Translations under genes and position numbers: made by a program | Assembly: GCA_030704615.1 (NCBI GenBank) | Contig: CM060732.1 | Coordinates: 7,502,001 to 7,566,000 of the forward strand | Length of the DNA stretch: 64,000 bases | DNA from: Takakia lepidozioides | Taxonomy: Eukaryota; Plantae; Bryophyta | Reading direction: 5' to 3' | The notes under the pieces: model-generated | Told to the model about the DNA's origin: nothing | Databases searched by the model: none | Seen by the model: the letters and a program-made list of their open reading frames with translations, nothing else | In this document: positions 38,184 through 51,932 of the stretch, piece after piece | Position numbering within the stretch: position 1 is the first letter of the stretch | Layout: each line of letters opens with the position of its first letter

Positions 38184-38287
38184 GGGTAACGCCCCTTGTG
38201 TGGGGCATTCCCGGATTTTCGGGCCTTCCCATGGGGCTACCTCCAGGCCCTTAAATCCGGGAATGCCCTCCACTCAGGGCATTACCC
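38184..38287. mobile_element. MITE family 1, copy 2 (inverted relative to 23724-23830)
   Basis: Reverse complement begins gggtaatgccctgagtggagggcattcccggatttaagggcc, one mismatch from copy 1. TIR gggtaacgccc / gggcattaccc. Confidence 0.85.
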
Positions 38288-39139
38288 TATGCAGAAACCA
38301 GGTAATGGCCATCTCTTGACAGGACTACTACTGTAATGGAAGTGAGATTTGATTCTCTTACAACCAAGACTGAGGAATCATCAGAATCGGATGTCCATAA
38401 CATGCAATTGTTTACAAGCTGGCTAGGACCATAAGAGTGGTATTGTGAAGTAACCACTCTTTCATATAGCATTATTCTATACTAGCATTCATCATAGTAC
38501 ATTGAGAGCTAAGCAACATTCTTCTAATATGGGTGACCAGTAACTCAAACCCGGCCTAATGGTTTCGACTGGAATAAAAACAAGTTGACGCCTACCGAAG
38601 TGTGCATAAATTACGGTGTTTCTTCACCCCATAGGGCTACCTGGTCATTACACACCGAAATGATTACTATATGGGGATTCCTGGATGGATGGATGGATAA
38701 TGATATTAAAAATGGATGTAATCCATATTAGGTTTTTCTTAGGCTTTGTCTCCTCCAGTTCATCGTGTTTGTCTTCGGCGTTTCTCTTCCTTGCGGGGAA
38801 GTCCTTCGGCCCTTTTCTTTGGTGAAGTTCTTGGTCTACAAGTTGAGGTATGGCTTCCTCAACTCTTCTATGGTGCTTATGATCTTTGTGTTTTTTTTTC
38901 TCTGTGTTTTTTTTTTTTTTTTTCGTGCTTTAATATTTTATTTTTTTCATTTTTTTCTTTGATTTTTAATATCTCCACTTGATCGTGATTGCTAACTCAT
39001 ATTACAATGCTAATATATTGTATGTCATATGATACTCAAATCAACTCCACAAATGTTTGAATGTATAATGCAATATATTTATGTCTTATACGGTTGTACA
39101 TAGGTATATCTATGTATGTATAATAATATGATCACCCAA

Positions 39140-39461
39140 TGATTACACATTCTGCCATACACACATAAGAAAAAATGTATATAAAGTAGTTTGGAATTGT
39201 TGTGTAAGTTAGTCGATATTGTCTCAAGCTTCCATAGTTTGCATCATATTTATAAAAGTGTATGGCTCTTCTTCATATTCATTGACACTTACACTTGCTC
39301 TGATTACACATCCTACCATACACATAAGAAAAAATGTATATAGACTAGTTTGGGAGTGTTGTATAAGTTAGTCAATATTGTCTTAAGCCTCCATAATTTG
39401 GATCATATTCATAAAAGTGTATGGTTCATCTTCATATTCATTGACACTTACAATTGCACTC
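39140..39461. repeat. ~160-bp tandem duplication in an AT-rich intergenic block
   Basis: tgattacacat.ct.ccatacaca..taagaaaaaatgtatata...cttcatattcattgacacttaca occurs at 39140-39300 and 39301-39461. Confidence 0.9.
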
Positions 39462-40363
39462 CTCTTCAGATATATGGATTATATAGCTTGGATATGACAT
39501 TTTAATGGACCCATACATACATCTTCCATCCATAATGGTTCGCATTTTTATAAATATATGGCCCACATGATCAACTATTGAGCTATATATATATATATAT
39601 AGAATGAGGAGAGAGAAGATGTACAAACAAAAATGTGCAAGACAAACTCTTAATCATATTTAGATGGTCATTTCTTGCGAATTGTCATACATTTCATAAT
39701 GAACATCAACATATAATGAAGTGCAAAAAACAATGTCATTTCAAAGATGTGATCACATAACATTTACAAAAACACTAAATGAAAGTGTAGTCATGTTTAT
39801 TTCACCGGCAAAGAAAGGTCACAATTTCGAGATACGGCCTACATCGCCCTTTTCAACAAAGAGACAAAAGAACATACAAAACAAAAATAGGGTTTTAGCT
39901 TTGGGATTAGGACAACAACTAACATTGAGATGACAAGTACTTAGAAAAGAGAAGCAAAACAACACAAAACAATATTAGAGTTCATATGGAGATTAGGTTA
40001 TACATATATGAACTTCATCCAAATCAAATGTATGGATGACAATTTGAAGGAAAAGATTGTAATATCATATGTTAATTTCTCAAATAATTCTATTATTTTT
40101 TCTATTGTATTTCTATATATTTTAGTCATCATAGTTGGTTTTGTATTTTTAAAGCCAACATAAACACAAAATAAAAACTAAACCTAACAAGTACATTCTC
40201 TAAATGTATGAAAAATAGTTCATGAGGAAAAAAGACATAAGATGGTGTCTTTATATTGCTAAATGGGTTTCACCTTTTTCATATGGATTATTATTATTAT
40301 TATTATTATTAGTTTTATTAAACTAAATGATTTATTTCTGTTTTTTTATTCAACATGTGGAAT

Positions 40364-40423
40364 AGGGCATGTTCCAGTCGCTATAAACTGCAAAGGGCAT
40401 GTTCCAGTCGCTATAAACTGCAA
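40364..40423. repeat. Perfect 30-bp tandem duplication
   Basis: agggcatgttccagtcgctataaactgcaa x2. Confidence 0.95.
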
Positions 40424-41387
40424 TGATTGATGTATGGCGACCCACTGGATTTCCGTGATCATTGCATTTTATTCATTGCTGCTGGTCCCGCCATACACTG
40501 TACTGATTAGTGCATGGCAGGTGGCAGCGGCGTGGCAGGCCTTCATGGTGGGGCGACGTGGCAGGGAGCTAGGTAGAAGGCAAGGCAGCGATCAGGAGGA
40601 GCCGACGTGGCAGGGAGCCAGGAACAAGCCAGCCCGGGCATGAGCACGGGATCCCGGCCCGCGACACTATCCTAAAAGGGCTTGGGACATAGTGCCGAGG
40701 GAGGCTACTGCTTTCTGCTGGGAAGGTGGACACCTCTGGAAAATCATTAGAAGAAACACAGATATCGGACGGGGGAGTGCAGCTTCTCGGTAAGTTTAAA
40801 GTGTTGGTGCACCCTCGAATCCAACCCAGGAATTACATTTACTGGACGTAGTAAAATAGGAGCAGGCTTTAGATTAGCAACATCCAAACGAGGGTAGCAG
40901 AAGATGCTACACCATGAACCACACATCCCCGATGTCAAAGTCAATGTAGAGTGAGTTCAGTAGACAAGAACAATTCATTTAGCCAATATAGAAAATTGAA
41001 GTACTGCACATTGACAGAGCTGGTGTCTCCCACACCATGAACGAAACAGGGAGAGGGGCACCAAAATATTTTTGAAAGGGGTAATTCTGTAGCCCCACAC
41101 ATTTGCTGTTGGCATGATGCATAAGGCCCCAGAACATGTTGAGGAGGTCCCATATGGCCGTCGAGAAACTGCTCCTTATATCTGCTAATCTCAAACATCA
41201 GTACTCGCAACTAGATATTGAATGCCTCACATGGCTGTAACTACCCCACTCGCTACCTACTTTTTACTACAAAACTTTAGGGTGAATCTGTAAGGTAAGC
41301 TTAGGGAGTGAGATGACTCACAAATTGAAGGTGACTCTAGAAAGCAAAACGGAGGCCTCATACAACTTGGGAGTTGTAACATAATGG

Positions 41388-43282
41388 TCAATATCTCTTA
41401 GCATATGAGCAAACTACAGCCGATGGTGGGGCATCCCAAACATCCCATTGCTGCTGAAAAGCTTCTAATTCTTGGATGCATTCAGCTACAGACCTACTTA
41501 AGAATCTTCTTCTACAATCAGCAGATTCAGCTCCAACTGTTCCGTCATAGACTTCTTCCCAATGTGGTCCCCACCCACCTTGGGCATCACAGAGGTCTAA
41601 CCCCTCAACAGGTCCAGGCCAACCCCAACCCTTGTCTAGCCCATTCATAATTGCCCGTGCCTCTGCTCCACTGGCCTTGGGAGTGCAAGGTCTGCATTTA
41701 GCTCCATTGAGAGGTCCCTTGCTTCCAATTGAAGCTACTGGCACGGACCACGTAGTTGGAGGCCATGAATACCTTCGATAGCTTAGTACACAAAAAGGGA
41801 GCTTATTGTATTTGAAAGGTATACTGGATACACTGAGCTGCATCTTGAATGCTGTCTCTGAGTTAAGGCCTCTATGACCCCGATTGTGAATCAAATGTAG
41901 TAACCTCAACCTTGCTAATGCAACCCAGCTAGTATTTGAGTTGCCAATGCCAAACCTGTCATTGAGGCCACCATACTGAGAACCATAAGGAATATGATAG
42001 AAGTTTGGATTGAATGATTTCAGAGGTGGTAGTGGTCCACTCCAGTAGCCATCCACTCTTGTCCTGATAATCCACTCGTACTTGATGTTGTGCTGGATCT
42101 CATATTTTAGTATCATGTCCAGGCATCCTTCCACCAGATTGAAGTACTGCAGCAGGCCCTGTGGTCCATGCATTCCAGGTGTTAAATTCTCAGCTTGAGT
42201 CCTCAACATTGGTCACAATGTATGTGCATAGGCATTGGAGTTGCGAGTGTGTAGTGTGAAGGGCTTTCTCTGGGAAGCCTGTGCAGCTGCTGTATCTCCC
42301 TGTCATGGTTGTTCCCTTTTTCATTAAGATGTGTTTAGTCTATTTCTATGTCCACAGATGCATAGCGTAGATCATGGTCTGCTGGGAGCAAAAAAGATGG
42401 TCACGACTCTCCTACATTCACGTTGCAGATGAAAATGTGGCTGATTCATTATAGATACTGGAAGCTCACAGAGACAGGAGTAGTCTCACATAACACAAGA
42501 CATTGAAAAGAGAGCCTAGCCCGACCTTGCTCACAGAACCGAGGGAGTTTATTGAACAGTCATTTGAAGAACACGGTACTGAACCAGTAAGACGCACCAA
42601 CAGTGTGCTAATTAATACCTGTATTCCATTTGGCGAACCTGCACCAGTAAGAACTTCTCGTTGAATATCGGACTCTGGCACATGTCGAGAAATAAATATG
42701 CGTGCAGCAGCGAGATTGGAAGCCCCTTTCAGCAAGGTGAATTTGTGTGTATTTCCATCTAAAGGAGAATGTAGAAACACATCTGTGTCGTTGTAAACAT
42801 TCAACAGATACTTCTTGATCGTCTCCCCGGTCAATTCAAAGGAGCGTGCTGCCCCAACCAGGCAAACTGCCACTTTTCCTGTCCCATACTGTTGGGCTTT
42901 CGGACGTGCTGCATCTTCACACCGATGCAAGCTCATTACTTGATCCTGATCCTGCGACGGCACGGAGGGACGATAGTCAACACGAACCCAACAAAAACCA
43001 CAAAACCACAAACCATTCAGACGATTCTACGCACCAAACGTTCAAACGCAATCTGAGGAACAATCAGCCTCCAACCTTATTTCCAAGTCCTCCTGCAGCT
43101 TCCCCATGAACGTAATTGGTCAATTGAGATTGCCATGAACTTATGTGTAAGAAAGTTATTTGCGAGAGAGGCTCCCAAGCTGGCAACCAGTGACTGAAAA
43201 ACGCAGTGCAGGCTATGAAGAAGCCCACCGCCATCAAGCGCACGATCCCTCCCCCTCTGTACACAGACACAAACCCGGCCAT
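41388..43282 (-). CDS. Conserved plant protein of unknown function (DUF7796-like), N-terminal membrane anchor
   Basis: Exons 43282-43076, 42951-42619, 42158-41388. Motifs VAVCLVGAARSFELTG, SPNGIQGLLQYFNLVEGC, WIIRTRVDGYW, YGGLNDRFGIG, GPLNGAKCRPC, recognised from a conserved land-plant family. The DUF number is from memory. Confidence 0.88.
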
Positions 43283-43661
43283 AACTCCCCGCCCCCAAAC
43301 CTCTCCTCACCGACGACCAAGCCTCATCATTCCTAGAGTACCCCGCGGACCGAGACTCGCCCCTTCCTTCTGACGATCCAACCCTTCCGACTACTTAAGG
43401 GGCCCTGCGGATTAACAGGGGGATTTTTAGCTTCTCTCGATATATTAAGTCAGGACGACTGCCGTCACCGTCAACGTCCGTCGATGCCGAGGCGACGGAC
43501 CCTGTCGACGATCGTTCCCGTTGACGGCTTGATGTGTGTCGGTGGCGATGCGACGGACGTGCGACGGACGCTTCCGTTAACGGGAACGAGCGCACTGAGG
43601 AGGTGCGAGGAACAGGACGGCGCTGCGGGGGTCAGTCTTGGGTCTGCGGGGTGGCTCTGCG
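43283..43661. promoter_or_regulatory. Short head-to-head (bidirectional) promoter region
   Basis: Only 379 bp separate the divergent ATGs at 43282 (-) and 43662 (+). CpG-rich, with inverted repeats. Confidence 0.7.
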
Positions 43662-46600
43662 ATGGGGCACGGAGCTGTGGCATTGCCATATCCTGATCGC
43701 TTCTATGCTGCAGCAGAGTATGCAGGATTCACAGGTGCATCTGCGGGGAGCTTAGATACGGTCAAATCCTCGTCGCTTCGGTTGTCTGATGACACCGTTC
43801 TTCTTCTGTATGGGCTCTATCAGCAGGTTCACATTTCTCGACCTCCGTTCCTACGAGATTTAACGGCACGCCTACGTTACTGGAAGTAGATCTAAGCAGC
43901 TGTCCCGCTGTTGATGCATTCGGCTAGAAAATCTTGCACGTAATGTGATCAAGTGTTGTGTCAGGACCTAACGCATTTGTCGTGGATGATGCTTGTGGTG
44001 GTATTGGAATGTAGTGTAGGGGATTTAGCGCTTTTTCAGGTTGCTAGGGGCGTGAGGTATAATGCAGATCAATCCATGACGTCTTGGAAATCGTTTAATG
44101 CGTCTGAAAGTATTGGTTGAGAGGATTTTCCGAGGCAGATTATGAAAGCTCTTTTGTATACAAGAAATATGGAAAAGCTGGATTCCATTGGGGTTTAGTG
44201 AGTGCGCACCTCGATGTGGTGTTTCGCTGACTGAGCAGGCTAGTGTGGGACCGTGCAATCTACCAAAGCCCTGGAGCTGGAATGTCGTTGAGCTTGGGAA
44301 ATGGACGAGGTAAATCAATTTCTCCCTGCTCAGTCTGACACCCTCCAGTGGCTTCCCCGGGGCACATTTCTTTTTCTTGAGATTCTTCATTACTTTTGAT
44401 GGATGCAATTAGGGAGGCGATTCCCAGAGAATGAAAAGAGTGGGTGGAATGCACAAATGGGATGATAGCTTCGTTCAACTGAAGACCATGAGGTTTAGAT
44501 GCCAGATGTTCAACACTTGAACGAGCTTCATTATCACCAAAATCTGCTACTCTGTTTCAAGTAGGGTTCCTCTTCAGTGCTTGTGTAATTCTCTCTGTCA
44601 TCAGATCAAAGATGATCGATAAATATCAGAATATCAGAAAACAGTGAACACATGTATAAATGTTATTTTGGTGAGGTTGCAATGATCTGGTCAGAGGTAT
44701 CACACATAAACGTCATCCAGAGTTGGTAACACTTCTGAAGGGATTAATATCAGGGGTCGGGGCAGAGACAGAATGTACTAATAAGACGTTGTTTGCCATA
44801 GCCTTGTGGCCCGGGGCACAGAGGGAGAGAGAGAGAGAGAGAGAGAGATCTCCAAGTCATTATTAGCACCAAACAACAGCTGGAACACGCACCCTCATTC
44901 TCTCACTTTGGTCTTGGAGGATGGTTATTAAATTTTCTTCAAATACTTCGACATTCCACCATGCACAAGCTCGAATGCAGTTCTAGCTTTGGGCTGAGAC
45001 TTCCTTGCTAACGGAGCTGTTTTTCATCCTATGAGTGTAGCAAGTATGAACTGGAAAAATTTGGGAATCACGCTTATTTTGTGGAACACCTGGCTGCCCT
45101 AATCATCTAGCAGCTCAGCGAACAACAGTCCATAGTTGAGTTTTCCCATTTGGAAAATAACTTTCAGCCTCAATTCTGAAGCATATCCTGGTCTGTTTCT
45201 ATTTCTTTTTCAGATTCAAACATAGGTGCATATCCAATGGCCTTCTCGTTTGCCTAAGGCTTACGCGAAAGCCATCGTCAAAAGTTGCAGCTATAAGTGC
45301 CATAAAGTGGTTCAAATTAGGAAGAAAGTTTGCTAAAGCCGGAAATCTGGCACTTTCTTGTCTGACCCTTGGATCAGAAAGGTACAAGTTTTGGCAGGGT
45401 CCACATCCATTGTGGTGTATGTCAAAATCTCAATGCAAAATAATTGAATGCTCATTTGCTTCCTTTTGTTTAGATGTAAAGTGAGAATGGCAGTAGATTG
45501 ACAGATGAAGTGACTTTGGCCATAATCTCCCTCTAACTGCAGAGGGTTGAGAATGTCCACTTTCTGACCGATCATTCAGGTAGCTGCAGATTCACTGATT
45601 TTCCAATGTAACCTGGTGAGGAATGATTGCAAAACACCAACTTAGTGTAACTTCAGCTTGAAAGGCTGTGCCATCGCTATTGTAAAACAATTGAGGATGA
45701 AATCATAGCCAGCATAGTCTGGTTGTCTATAGAAGCCTCAATCAACCTTACAACTGATATTAGGGTAAACATGGTGTTGATCTGTTAAGTGATGGGTCTG
45801 GCACTTTTGTTTACAGTTGGAATCAACTGGCAAAGATGGATTCTATGGAGGCCATGAGACTCTTCATACGGACTTTGGAGGTTGGTTGGTTGGTTGGGTT
45901 CCCCCAATTGTTTTGTTAGTTTTAATTTTTCCATTTTTCCGAACTGCCAAATGAAGCTGGACAGCTTGGAGAAGATATCTTGAATTCTTTGTTGTTCGAC
46001 ATGTTATTCACAGGAAGAAGATCGTGACTGGTGGTCTAAGGCTCAAGAGCAAGATAAGGAGGTTGTGGGAAACACAGTAAGCTGCCCCCCCCCAGGCCAT
46101 ATAACTCCTAGGATGTCTCAACTGAGCGGTTCTTTCGATTGATCATGCCTTACCTGTAGATAGATTGGTCACCAGGGCCTCATTTGCTTGAGGGAGCTAC
46201 CTAATTCCAGTCCCTGCATGCAAAGCTTCTTTTTGCTCTCCCCTATTAGCAAATTACATTTGATGCAGATTTAGTGCAGTGGTTTTCCAGGTCACGTTAA
46301 TGTACGTGTTGTTGTGCCTTGATCCAATTTGTTTGTGGTCAGGTAATCATGTAGGCAGTCAGTGTGTGTGTATATTGATGTATGTGGTCTCTCTCAGCCT
46401 CCTCTGCCTGCAGATCTGCAAGTGGCAGACCCGGAACCTGCTGTACAAGAGGAAGCGGATGAACCCCCTCATGTGATTGTTTTGTTGCCATCAAATGGTG
46501 CTGCAAAGGTTAATGGAGGTGCTAGCCAAACAGAAGAGAAGGAGATCGTCACAGAGGAAGAGAACGAGACCATGGCAGGGGGGCTCAAGGCAATCACTGT

Positions 46601-49600
46601 ATACAATGAATGGGTCTCACCTCCAGTAACTGGCCGTCGGCCGCCAGCACGCTACCAGGTTCTGTAACAACTGTGAACAAGAGTGGGTCAATGGCTGTTT
46701 ATTGCAAATCGTGATGAATGGATTAACTGACTATTCTCAACTGATAAATTTTGTTACGTGAGTTGTAGTTGTGACATGTTGTCATTTATCAGTCTCAATT
46801 CTCTTTCATGGCTTATGTTTCTACAGACCATCAACTGTAAAGGATGAAAAAGGGGATTAGCCTGCGATGTCCTATGGGGTCTTGGCAAAGTGTTTCTGAA
46901 TTGTTCATGTTCTTTAACATGAACATGCAGCATGCAGCAGCAATTGTAGAAGATAAGCTTTTTGTGATTGGTGGAAACCATAATGGTCGCTACTTGAGCG
47001 ATGTACAGGTACTTACATTCGTTCTTCAAACCTTTCTCTATAATAGGCCTGAATACAGGAACACACTGCAATGCTTCATGTTTGCATTTGCCTGCTGTGA
47101 TGTAAAGTCTTGAGCTACGCTGGTATGTCCTGACGAAGTAACATGGTCCCTTCAGGTGCTTGATTTGAAGGCGTGGGGATGGTCAAAGATGGAGCACAAA
47201 GTTTTACAGTCCCCACTATTACCACAAGCACCAGCTCAATCTTGGTTTCCTCCATCTGCAGGACACAGTTTGGTAGGATGGCTAAATAGTCCACCACACC
47301 TCTGTATATGTATCTGTTGTCGCCTCGTGACTATAAAGACAGTATTTTAAAGCAGGAAGCTCTGCATCGTTACAAAGGAAAGATATAAAGAGGTCTGACT
47401 CCTGCCAATGCAAGCGTCAATTATAAGGCGACCTTATGCTCAACCACTGGGCCCATCTGTTGGATGCTTAATTGTAAGGAGGCGATTTCAGCCCATGGAC
47501 AGTTCTAGGTCATAGTCTCATCCTCTACTTCTGCATGACAGGTTGCCAGCGTATTCTGAACTGTGTTCCTGTACAGATTCGGTGGGGCAGGAAGCTCCTT
47601 GCAGTGGCTGGGCATTCAAAAGAACCATCTGATACAGTCACAGGTCTGCTACTTCCTCCAGAGTCACCATGGTCATGTACTGAGGTTAGTTGCTTACAGT
47701 TTAATGTACCTGGTTACCTTCATTCACCTCCCGTAATAATGGCATGCTCTAATCAGAAACTCTTATTGGGGTGGCGATGCAGTCCGTGCTTTTGATCCAG
47801 ACACATCGTCCTGGGCTGTCATGGCAGTAGCAGGCAAGTCTCCGGTAGGCTACCTTATCCTTCACCATACATTCACTCTACACTGAGCAACTGCATAGAG
47901 TGACGTGTGTAGATCCAGAGCTCCCTTTGACTTTGTTTGCAAAACATCCTTATCCAGGTCGCACGTGGAGGCCAGTCAGTCACGCTTGTGGGCTCAAACT
48001 TGGTTATGTTTGGGGGCGAAGACTCTAAAAGGCGAATTCTCAATGATCTGAATATTCTGGATTTGGAAACATTGACGTGGGAACTTATAGATGCAAGGTA
48101 GGTTGTTCAACAGTTGCACTGAAATTCATCTTGGTAAGACCTTCATGCTAATATTAATCGGTATGTCAGTAAGTTCAATGCCTGGTGTACCCTTTATGTC
48201 TTGCTGTTCAGCTTACATCTTTTGACTTGGATGGAATTTACCACCCACTTAGGGCTGCATTCCCAAACAGCCCGATTCGACTCCTGTTTGGGGAGTCCAC
48301 TTGGACCTCTTTGGCTTGGGGAAGTTCTGACTGAGGCTGTCCATGTGCAGGGGTATGCCTCCATCTCCACGGTCAGACCATGCTGCAACAGCTTATGGAA
48401 AACGCTATATATTCATATTTGGTGGTGGCTCACATTCTAGCTGCTTCAATGACTTGCATGTGCTTGACCTTGAGAATGTAAGTCATGTAAGTATCTTGGA
48501 GAACATGTTAGATGGTTCACCCAAATGCACCTTATTTGCAAGCATGTGTGTGGAAGTCAATGTAGTTCAATTTCGATCCAATGCGCTCACATAAAGTGGA
48601 TGCTGACAGATGGTGGGGCTCCAGTGCACCTTGAGCATGGTGCATTCTTAGGGCCTGTCCAAAGGGCAGGGTCTGCACACTGGTATCTTCAATCAGACAT
48701 TTAAATAGGCACAAAAATCTGGGATTTTGGTGGAGGAAGGAGGGTATGATTATGAGCTGTAGGTCTGAAACTTCTATAAATGTTCCTGATCCGTCCATTT
48801 CTAGATCTTTGAAGTTGAATCTTGGTATTCCCCCCTGTCCCAATTCTTGTTCTCAAAGCATACAATTCTCATTTTTGCTATGAAGTACCTTTCTAGAGAT
48901 GAACCACAACAGAGAGTCAAATATGTATAACACAAAAGTTAACAATTGTCATATAAGTGATTTTTCTTTCAAATTCTTCTTGTATATTTTCCCTGAGGAT
49001 GGGGAGCCTGTAACTACAAAATATATGAATGAGAAAGCATGTGTCTGCATGGAGTTCTACCTTTGAAGTCAAAGTGAGAGTGATTGCTTACTTTCTTAAC
49101 TACGTAGACATCGCATTATGAAACTAACCAAGAAGTGTAACTTGGGTATGGGGATGACATGGCAGATGGAATGGTCACAAGCACAGGTTCAAGGCATGGT
49201 GCCCACACCACGAGCCGGCCATGCTGGTGTTACTATTGGCGATAATTGGTTTATAACTGGTGGTGGAGATAATAAGAGTGGTATTTGCTTTGTCCATTCT
49301 TTGTCTGTCTCTTCTTTGGTCCATCTACTGTTTGTCACTGACAACAAGGAATTTGCTTCAGTCTTATTTGGAAATACTGACCCCCATGTATATTTCCGGC
49401 ATTACTATGAGATACTCTGATTGAAATGTCCATACAACTCAGATAGTTGTGACTGAAAGGTAGTAGCGAGCGGTGGATATCTTGAACCCACCGTTCACCA
49501 TGATCTTTGTGTTGTAGTGACTAAAAGGTGTTGTGTGTTCTTGCTAAGTTTCAATCTCATGTTGTTCTATTGGCTGATGCTTTGATAATGGCTTACCAGG

Positions 49601-51932
49601 CATTTCTGAAACACTGGTTTTGAACATGGCCACCTTGGCATGGTCTGTAGTAGCTACTGCACGGGGCAGAACAGCTATTGCCAGTGAGGTTAGTTGCATC
49701 GCTTTTGAATGCTCTGGTAGCGAGTTGGTAGGATGTGGAAAGGGTGTGGTACAAGTATCTTCCTGCATAAACCTTGAGGATATGGGCTTGTACAACAAGC
49801 CCATTTGCAGGTTAGGCAATGTGGTTGTCTGAGAAGTGATGTGACGTGCTTTCAGCTTTTCATGTTCATTCGCTGTCAAAAGATGAAGTCGGGGGTTTAT
49901 AAAATCCATTCCAGGAGTTCAACTTATGAATATTTGCCATGTTCATATAAAAGAAGCTGTGTATGCCCAAAGTGAACCTTGGTTTTGTTGTGGGCCACTG
50001 ACAGGGCTTGAGTATTGTGGCTGCTGAAGACTGCCTAGTAGCTTTCGGGGGATACAATGGTCACTACAGCAATGCGGTTTGCATTTTAATCCCTTCCACA
50101 TCCTTTCATCTTCTGTGTAGTCCTACCCAGCTAGATTGTACGCTTGAAACTGATGGATGGACTGTACACCAGGTACACATCTTCAAGGCTAGTCCTGTGG
50201 AGAAGTCACGCCCGAAAATTCTGGAGTCTCCAGCAGCAGCAGCAGCTGCTGCCTCTGCAGCAGCTGCATTTTCTGTGCCACGATCTTCAGCTGCCCCATC
50301 ACCGTCAGCAAATGGCACAACACCCTCCTCTGGAGACCAGCAAGATATAAGGACCGAGGACATGCCCATGGAGAAGCCAACAGGGGTAGCGTCTCAAATC
50401 CTCTTCCATTGAATTGTTGCTAAAATTTGGAAGGCACGGCTTTCAGCACCCATATAATGTTGTTACATGAGTGCAGAGAACCACGGAAGAGGAGGATGCA
50501 ACAAGAGAGAAGCTGGTGGCAGCACTTAAAGGGAAGGAGGAACTAGAGGCAGCAGCCTTAGCAGCACATGCTGAGGCTATCAAGTTGACCCGTGAACTTG
50601 CTGCTGCTCTCTCTGCTTCATCTGAATTAGAACAGGTCTGTTACTATCTTTGAGGTTAACTCATTTGCAGGAGATTATGAGGAGGTAAATTTAAGCTTAG
50701 GAGTGAACTTCAAACCGAACTCCGCAAGTCAACTTTTGTTCATGGGTTATATACAACTAGTTATCTCTGATAAAGGGAATGAAAATGAAGTCCAAGAGGT
50801 GATAGGAAGAATTTTGGGAAGAGATGGACCATTCTTATATATGCTGAAGATTGCATGTTGCGTGCTAAATAAGAGTAGCATGCACTGACATGCGCATACG
50901 GGCAGAGGTGGGAACTTGTGCATTGTGCTAGCAAGAGGGGTTTACCATATTTCCTTACTTTTTTGCTGGCACATTTTAGAGCACAGCACTGCTTTCTGGT
51001 GTGGCTTGGATATCTCTCACTTTCTTGTGTATGAAAAACAAACAAAAAGGCTTTGTTTGAAACAGCTGAAGGAAAGCTTGCAGGGCACAGAGCATGAAGG
51101 TATGCAGCTTACATGAACATTATCAGGTCTCTCATGGAGATTGTGTTGTGTTTTGACATGACTGTAGGTTAGCCACCGAAGGGTCAGTTAGATTTGTAAT
51201 ATTGTATTGGCCTACAAGGGAAAAAAGTTGTTTTCTACCCTTGATAAAGGCATATATATCTAGATTAAGACATATGTTTAGTACTTGGATCTGCTTAAAG
51301 AACGCACCTGAGCTGCAGGTCACATTGCTACTGACTCGTACTACTTGTCTTGTAGGAACTACACTCTGTACGTGGACAATTGGCGGCAGAGCAATCCAGG
51401 TCTTTCCGGTTAGAGGTAAGGCCCTATGTTTCAAGGAGATGAGGATGAAGTCCTCTATTTCCTGATGGCACATCTTGTATCTCCTGCTGTAATCTTAATT
51501 TTTATTATGTGTGCAGTAAAAATGTTGCAGTTCATGAAGCTTTCATGCGTTTAACACTTGTCGAAGTTGTTCACGGGATGTGCTTACCCTACAAGCACAT
51601 TCTGGGAGTGCTAATCGTGAGGAAAGTTTACTCCTGCCAAAGCAAGCATAGATTATGGTGTCACTTCACCCAAAGGACTACTGCCTTCCATTTGGAAGGT
51701 GATTCTGTACTTATAGTGAAGTTCTTATTGGATGCATGTAAAGGTGGATGTGGCGGAGTTACGACAGAAGCTGCAAACCATGGAGGCGTTGCAAAGGGAG
51801 CTGGATCATCTGCGCCGCCAGCAGGCCAATGCCGATGAAGCTGCAGCCCAAGCAGCACAGAAGCAGCAGAATGCAGGTGTTTGGAGCTGGCTGGCAGGCA
51901 GCCCGCCAGATACCAAGTCTGTAGAAACTTGA
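43662..51932 (+). CDS. ACBP4: Acyl-CoA-binding domain and Kelch-repeat protein (class IV ACBP), 18 coding exons
   Basis: Exons start at 43662, 44239, 45817, 46014, 46398, 46931, 47156, 47577, 47783, 47958, 48351, 49166, 49600, 50005, 50173, 50478, 51356, 51744 (stop at 51932). LPYPDRFYAAA..LLLYGLYQQA; Kelch repeats FVIGGNHNGRYL, MFGGED, PSPRSDH..IFGGGSH, PRAGHAG; coiled coil; GVWSWLAGSP. Confidence 0.96.
44773..44811 (-). mobile_element. ~39-bp 3'-terminal copy of the KDSA-intron LINE family, in ACBP4 intron 2
   Basis: Reverse complement ggccacaaggctatggcaaacaacgtcttattagtacat. Degenerate TSD cggggcagagacaga (44758-44772) / cggggcacagaggga (44812-44826), next to a (GA)n tract. Confidence 0.85.
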
